From Armatimonadota bacterium (GTDB lineage Bacteria > Armatimonadota > SYMT01), in the NCBI GenBank assembly GCA_041690135.1, contig JAWLHY010000001.1:1559199-1623198 (forward strand): DNA of 64,000 nt. The letters run 5' to 3'. The notes beneath the pieces were generated by a model that saw only the letters and a program-made list of their open reading frames with translations, did no database searches and was not told where the DNA came from. Of the stretch, positions 59,129 to 64,000 are shown one piece after another (position 1 is the stretch's first letter; every line of letters begins with the position of its first letter). The position numbers were made by a program, and so were the translations under genes.

Positions 59129-60439
59129 TCACAGGCACTCGTCAAGCACCCCGGCCCGTACCGCCAGGTCCAGGACCGTGTAGCGCCGGCGGAGGTGATA
59201 CGCCTGGCGGAAGCTGCGCCGCAGCCGCTCGGCGGAGATACCGATTTCCTCCGGGGCTACGGGAGCGCCGGCCGCACGCAGGCGGCGGGCGATCTCCGAG
59301 GAGGGCAGTAGCTGGCGGCGCAGCTGCGGGCGCAGGTCCGGCCAAACTTCCCGGAGACGCTGGAGGTACGCGCGCAACGCCTCCCGGTCGATCCACTTGG
59401 CTCCCGTTTCCTCACGGGCCTTCCGGAGCACGGCTGGATCGGGGAACAGCTCCGCGAGATTTGCTTCAACAGAGGACCAGTCCGGCCAGGACGAGCAACA
59501 GCGATCGAGGTCCAGGTGCTCCAACGGCAGTTCCAGAAGTGCCTCGTAGAGACGGGTCACCGCGAGGGTGGCCACCCCGACCTTGAAGCCGTGGAGCGGA
59601 GCCTTCCCCGCGTGGGTGTGGTGCTCCATGTCCCAGAGGTGGCTGAACTGGTGTTCCGCGCCGGACGCGGGGCGACTGGTCCGCGTGAGCTGCATGGCGA
59701 AACCGGACTGGAGCAAGCCCTCCATCAGCCGTCGGATCGCGGTTTCCTCCCCTTTCCGGACCCCTTCCGGATCGGCAAGAGCGTCGCGGAGCGGGTGCTG
59801 TACCTGCTCCCAGGCGGCCGGATCGACCGGCTCGAGGCCGAGCGCATCCGCCAGGAGCCAGTCGGCTCCCGCGGTCACCTTCGCCAGGAGATCCGCGTAC
59901 CCGGCGGCGTTCAGCTCCGGCGGCGCGGCACAGAGGACCTCCAGGTCGGCAACGACCCGCTGCGGTGCGGGGCAGTCGAACGTTTGCTTCGAGCCCTCGT
60001 GCGTGATGGAAGCGCCGAAGGCCGTGTAGCCGTCCATCGAGGCGGCGGTCGCCACGACCATGTAGGGCCGGCCTACACGGTGCGCCGCGAGCTTGCTGAG
60101 ATCGTTGATCGTCCCCGACCCCACGGCTACCGGTATGGCGTCGCAGCCACGCAAGATACTCTCGAGCTTTGCCACTCGCGAGAACTCCGCCGGCAACGGA
60201 TCCTCCATGAAGACGTGTGGCTCGCAGGTCGGCACGCCGGCCGTTCGCAACAATTCCACGACCCTGGCTCCGGCGGCGTCCCAGGTGGCCTGGTCGGCTA
60301 TAACCTGTGCTGGCCTGTCGGAAGCGATCGCACGAAAGAGACCCGGAGCTTCGGCGCTCACCCCCCTACCCACAGAAGTAAGACTGCCATCATCAATGGG
60401 AGAGGCCAGCGGTTGCGATCCAACGGGCAGTGGCTTCAT
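59129..60439 (-). CDS. sn-glycerol-1-phosphate dehydrogenase (AraM/EgsA family)
   Basis: AVGSGTINDLSK, TAASMDGY, SRPASGAEHQFSH and LHGFKVG. Confidence 0.88.
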   Translation of the reverse strand: MKPLPVGSQPLASPIDDGSLTSVGRGVSAEAPGLFRAIASDRPAQVIADQATWDAAGARVVELLRTAGVPTCEPHVFMEDPLPAEFSRVAKLESILRGCDAIPVAVGSGTINDLSKLAAHRVGRPYMVVATAASMDGYTAFGASITHEGSKQTFDCPAPQRVVADLEVLCAAPPELNAAGYADLLAKVTAGADWLLADALGLEPVDPAAWEQVQHPLRDALADPEGVRKGEETAIRRLMEGLLQSGFAMQLTRTSRPASGAEHQFSHLWDMEHHTHAGKAPLHGFKVGVATLAVTRLYEALLELPLEHLDLDRCCSSWPDWSSVEANLAELFPDPAVLRKAREETGAKWIDREALRAYLQRLREVWPDLRPQLRRQLLPSSEIARRLRAAGAPVAPEEIGISAERLRRSFRQAYHLRRRYTVLDLAVRAGVLDECL

Positions 60440-60636
60440 GGATTGATACGGATCCTGATGGTGGTGAGCGTTTCGTAGTATGCTCTCGAAGGCTCCGGAG
60501 GGGTTCAGCCTTCCCTCCGATGTCGCTGCCCGGTGCACGCAGCAAACACCCAATACAGCTTAGCACCTTGAGAGTCACTTCCGCAGAGTCGCGGGCTGGT
60601 GGTAGTTCGCGGTTTATTACTTCCGGTTGGCTAACC

Positions 60637-61566
60637 ATGAGAATCGTTTCGCTGCTTCCCAGTGCCACGGAGATTGTGTGCGCGCTGGGCCTGGAGAAGT
60701 CCCTGGTGGGGGTGACCCACGAGTGCGATTACCCGCCCGCGGTGAGGAGCCTGCCGAAGGTGACCCGCACCCTCATCCCGCACGACGCGTCCAGCCGCGA
60801 GATCGACGCACTAGTACGGGAGCAGCTCCGATCGCAGCAGGCGCTCTACTCGCTGGACATGGCCACCCTGGAGCGGCTAGAGCCGGACCTGCTGGTCACC
60901 CAGGCCCTGTGCGACGTTTGTGCCGTGGCGGAGGCGGAGGTCAGCGCCGCGGCCTGCGCTCTCCCGGGCCAGCCGCGGGTGATCAACCTGGAGCCGATGT
61001 CGCTGGAGGATGTGTTCGATACGCTTCTGCTCGTGGGTGAGGCCGCTGGTTGTGCGGATTGCGCGCGGGAGGTGGTCGAGCGGTTGGAGGCGCGAGTGGC
61101 CACGGTGCGGGAGCGGACGGAGGCGATCCCGCGGGAAGCACGACCACGGGTGGCCTTCCTGGAGTGGCTGGATCCCCTCTTCAATGGCGGCCACTGGAAC
61201 CCCGCTCTGGTCGAGCTGGCGGGCGGCATTGATGTACTGGGAAATGCGGACCAGCCGTCGCGCACTCTCGCCTGGGACGAGGTGTTGCGAGCGGATCCGG
61301 ACGTGGTGTTCATCTCCTGCTGCGGGTTCTCCGCCGAACGCGCGTTGCAAGATCTGCCTGTTTTGGAACGCCAGCCGGGCTGGGAAGCACTCCCGGCGGT
61401 CCGGGCGGGGCGAGTTTATGTGACGGATGGGAACGCCTATTTCAGCCGGCCGGGACCGCGCCTGGTGGATGGGCTGGAGATTCTGGCTCACGCGCTGCAC
61501 CCGGCGATTCATCCCCTGCCCGAGCATTTGCCGCGTCCGGTTCAGCCCAACCGTACCCAGCAGTGA
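60637..61566 (+). CDS. Cobalamin/iron-siderophore-binding (BtuF-like) protein
   Basis: MRIVSLLPSATEIV, VGVTHECDYP and FSRPGPRLVDG; no signal peptide. Confidence 0.85.
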   Translation: MRIVSLLPSATEIVCALGLEKSLVGVTHECDYPPAVRSLPKVTRTLIPHDASSREIDALVREQLRSQQALYSLDMATLERLEPDLLVTQALCDVCAVAEAEVSAAACALPGQPRVINLEPMSLEDVFDTLLLVGEAAGCADCAREVVERLEARVATVRERTEAIPREARPRVAFLEWLDPLFNGGHWNPALVELAGGIDVLGNADQPSRTLAWDEVLRADPDVVFISCCGFSAERALQDLPVLERQPGWEALPAVRAGRVYVTDGNAYFSRPGPRLVDGLEILAHALHPAIHPLPEHLPRPVQPNRTQQ

Positions 61567-61589
61567 AGGTCCGTAGGCTGGGCGCGTGT

Positions 61590-63044
61590 TTAGAGCAGCT
61601 CGCGGATGGGCACCGCCGGAGGCAGGATGGGCATAGGTCGCCCTTGCGGATCGATCAGGTTCAGGTCGGGGGAGATGCCGAGCAGGTGGTAGATGGTCGC
61701 CAGCACTTCTGTAATGTCCACCGGCCGCTCCGCGGGTTCTTCCCCGCCGCGCGTGGTGCTGCCCAAAAGGTAGCCACGCTTGATGCCCCCTCCGGCCAGC
61801 ATGATCGAGAAGGCGTCGGTCCAGTGGTCGCGGCCCGCGTCTTTATTGATCTGGGGCGTACGACCAAACTCGCTGAGCGTCACGACCAGCACCTCGTCCA
61901 GGAGCCCGCGATCGTGTAGGTCCGTCAGGAGCGTGCTGACGGCCCGGTCCATGGGCGGCATGAGTTCTGACTTCAAGCGCTCGAAGTTGTTGGCGTGGGT
62001 GTCCCAGAGGTTCGCGCAGTTGCCCAGGTTGACCAGGACGTAGGGCACGCCCGCTTCCACGAGCCGCCGGGCGAGGAGCGCCCCCTGTCCCATCACGCTG
62101 TCCCCGTAGGCTTCACGCGTCCCGGCGGGTACGCCGTTCAGATCGAGCGCCGCCCGTCCTCTCTCGCCTACGACCAGCTCGAAGGCACGTCGCTGGTTGT
62201 CGGTGAAGTCCGCTGCCCGACGATCGACCACCCGGCGCAGCCGGTCGAACTCCTCGAGTAGCCTGCGGCGCTCGGTGACGCGCTGGAGAGTCATGCCGGG
62301 TCCCAAGCCGAGGCCCGCCGGGACCTGGTACGGTTCGGTACTTCGGGCCGGAACGGGTCCCGATTCGAAGGCTTCCCAGCCACTTCCCAGGTAGCCCGCT
62401 CCCATCAGCCTCCGCGTCATGCCTAGCTGGGTCCGGTTGGGAATGACGCAGAATGGCGGAAGCCCACGTGGAGTGCTTGCTGAAAGCTCGTGCGCCACCA
62501 CGGAGCCCTGCGAAGGAATAGGGTTGGACAACACATCGGCCGGAGGCTGGATTCCCGGATGAGAATGCCCGGTTAGGAGCCGGTGCAGGGCATGGTCATG
62601 GTTTCCCGCGCCCGGGTTCCGGACCGAGCGAACCACGGTGTAAAGGTGTGCCTGGCGAGCCAGCCGGGGCATGAGTTCGCCAACGATGAGATCGGGATTG
62701 GTGCTCTGGATGGTCCCGAACGGTCCCCGGATTTCGGAGGGGGCTTCAGGCTTGGGATCCCATGCCTCGAACTGGCTGAGACCGCCCTCGAGCAGCAAAT
62801 AGATCACTCCGCGGATCCGCCGAATCGGCCGCGAGTTCCGTGCCTGCGCGGAAGGAAGGTTTGCGGCAAGAGTTGCGAAGCCAATTCCTCCTCCCACCAC
62901 GGTGCGGCGCGAGGCCCGGATCTCGGAGCACTTCTTCCGGGAGGGAACTGGAGGTTGGATCATGAGCACGTTTGCAAGAGGTGTGGGGGGAAGAGTAGCA
63001 CACTCGCGGCGAACCCCAGCAGCACGTTCCAGAGGCTTGGACAC
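61590..63044 (-). CDS. DUF1501 family protein
   Basis: GGLSQFEAWDPKP, ARRLVEAGV, WDTH, EFGRTP.IN..GRDHW. Start uncertain. Confidence 0.9.
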   Translation of the reverse strand: MSKPLERAAGVRRECATLPPTPLANVLMIQPPVPSRKKCSEIRASRRTVVGGGIGFATLAANLPSAQARNSRPIRRIRGVIYLLLEGGLSQFEAWDPKPEAPSEIRGPFGTIQSTNPDLIVGELMPRLARQAHLYTVVRSVRNPGAGNHDHALHRLLTGHSHPGIQPPADVLSNPIPSQGSVVAHELSASTPRGLPPFCVIPNRTQLGMTRRLMGAGYLGSGWEAFESGPVPARSTEPYQVPAGLGLGPGMTLQRVTERRRLLEEFDRLRRVVDRRAADFTDNQRRAFELVVGERGRAALDLNGVPAGTREAYGDSVMGQGALLARRLVEAGVPYVLVNLGNCANLWDTHANNFERLKSELMPPMDRAVSTLLTDLHDRGLLDEVLVVTLSEFGRTPQINKDAGRDHWTDAFSIMLAGGGIKRGYLLGSTTRGGEEPAERPVDITEVLATIYHLLGISPDLNLIDPQGRPMPILPPAVPIRELL

Positions 63045-63130
63045 GGGCTAGCAGCATGGGTTTCGAACGGGAGTTGCCGCGGTTTTAGTGGAAGCCTCCT
63101 TCGGGAACAAGGAATTGGAGGGAGTCAACG

Positions 63131-63499
63131 ATGCGAACGATGTGGATGGTAGTGGGAGGTGCCGCGCTGGGCGCCGGGCTCGCCGCGCTGTTCTCGCCGG
63201 CCGGCGCGACCACGCGACGAAAGATCCGTGAGAAGTCCGTGGAATTCTCGCAGGACGCGCAGGTGTTCGTGACCGACCAGGCCCGCAATCTCCAGCGGAT
63301 GGCGGGGCAGATGAAGCACAAAGCCGAAGAATTGGTGGAGCAGGGACAGCAGTTGGTGGATACCGGCCGGAGCACGATGCACGCGGTGGAAGAAGTGGTG
63401 GACGAGGGCCGGGAGATCCTGGACCACGCGCGTGCGGCCGCCGAGAAGGCGAAGCATGCCGCCGAGACGGCCACCACCTCTGAACCGGCTACCGTGTGA
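63131..63499 (+). CDS. YtxH domain protein
   Basis: GAALGAGLAALFSP..G...R motif followed by helical repeats; GGAGGG RBS. Confidence 0.8.
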   Translation: MRTMWMVVGGAALGAGLAALFSPAGATTRRKIREKSVEFSQDAQVFVTDQARNLQRMAGQMKHKAEELVEQGQQLVDTGRSTMHAVEEVVDEGREILDHARAAAEKAKHAAETATTSEPATV

Positions 63500-63605
63500 G
63501 TGAGGACACGTCCCACGAGCCGTGGGATCCTGAGCTGAAGCAGCGGCGGGGATCGGGAGTTTACCTTCCCGGCCCCGCCTTCTGCACTTCCCCTCCCAAG
63601 AAGCA

Positions 63606-63845
63606 TCACTCCTGGGGTGTTTCCCGATTGGAGTGGACGAAGCCGCCGGTCACACCAGTGGCGTCCTCTTCATCGATTTCCTGCCCAAAGCCTGGCTGAT
63701 CCTCGCCCGGCCCGATCCCGCTGGGTCCTCGATGTTCTCGGTCGGCGCCCACCGCCCAGGCCGGTCCCGGCGGAAACGCCGGTGTGTGGTTCTGGGGAGC
63801 GGGAGCCTCGCTTTCTTCGACGAGGTCGATCTCTTCGTTGCTCAT
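63606..63845 (-). CDS. Hypothetical acidic protein
   Basis: AGGAGG RBS 6 nt before ATG 63845. Confidence 0.6.
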   Translation of the reverse strand: MSNEEIDLVEESEAPAPQNHTPAFPPGPAWAVGADREHRGPSGIGPGEDQPGFGQEIDEEDATGVTGGFVHSNRETPQE

Positions 63846-64000
63846 GGGCATCCTCCTGTCCGGAGATATACCCGGAATCAGCATTAGGACTGGGATAAGG
63901 ACATCGGTATCAAGTTTAGCCTGCTTGGCAGCTTGGATTCGAGTTAGACCGGACGGCGATCTTGGTAGCCATGGCCCTATGGCTACCCACAACAAGACCC

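Overview
High-GC bacterial chromosomal window. It is probably a diderm soil organism such as Armatimonadota; this is an inference from the mix of PEP-CTERM, TolC, DUF1549/DUF1501, PcrA, SdpR/SdpI and YtxH. Housekeeping and stress genes include a sigma-70 factor, pcrA, an RluD-type pseudouridine synthase, hslVU, hisB, catalase and a TolC-MFP-RND pump. These are interleaved with accessory secreted and membrane proteins. There is one intact IS5-family (IS1031-like) element with TIRs, a TTA duplication and an A5G5 -1 frameshift, and a decayed island at about 35.5-38 kb holding a collapsed type IIG R-M gene and a toxin-like remnant. The most unusual signals are: (1) a secreted S8 protease with a Trp-periodic segment and a 109-aa acidic tail containing 30 Tyr in [DE]PY(Y)(Y) repeats, encoded directly upstream of a multi-TM hybrid histidine kinase, which is a candidate protease/peptide signalling system; (2) several 100-200 nt rod-like intergenic hairpins, one with 6S-RNA-like geometry (25158-25345); (3) a diverged ~240-bp direct repeat, one copy split by the IS; (4) a two-gene type III PKS plus atypical ACP unit; (5) SigB/SigF-type promoter motifs upstream of stress genes. 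I recognised no CRISPR array, rRNA or tRNA. All calls come from reading motifs by eye; no searches or folding programs were run.
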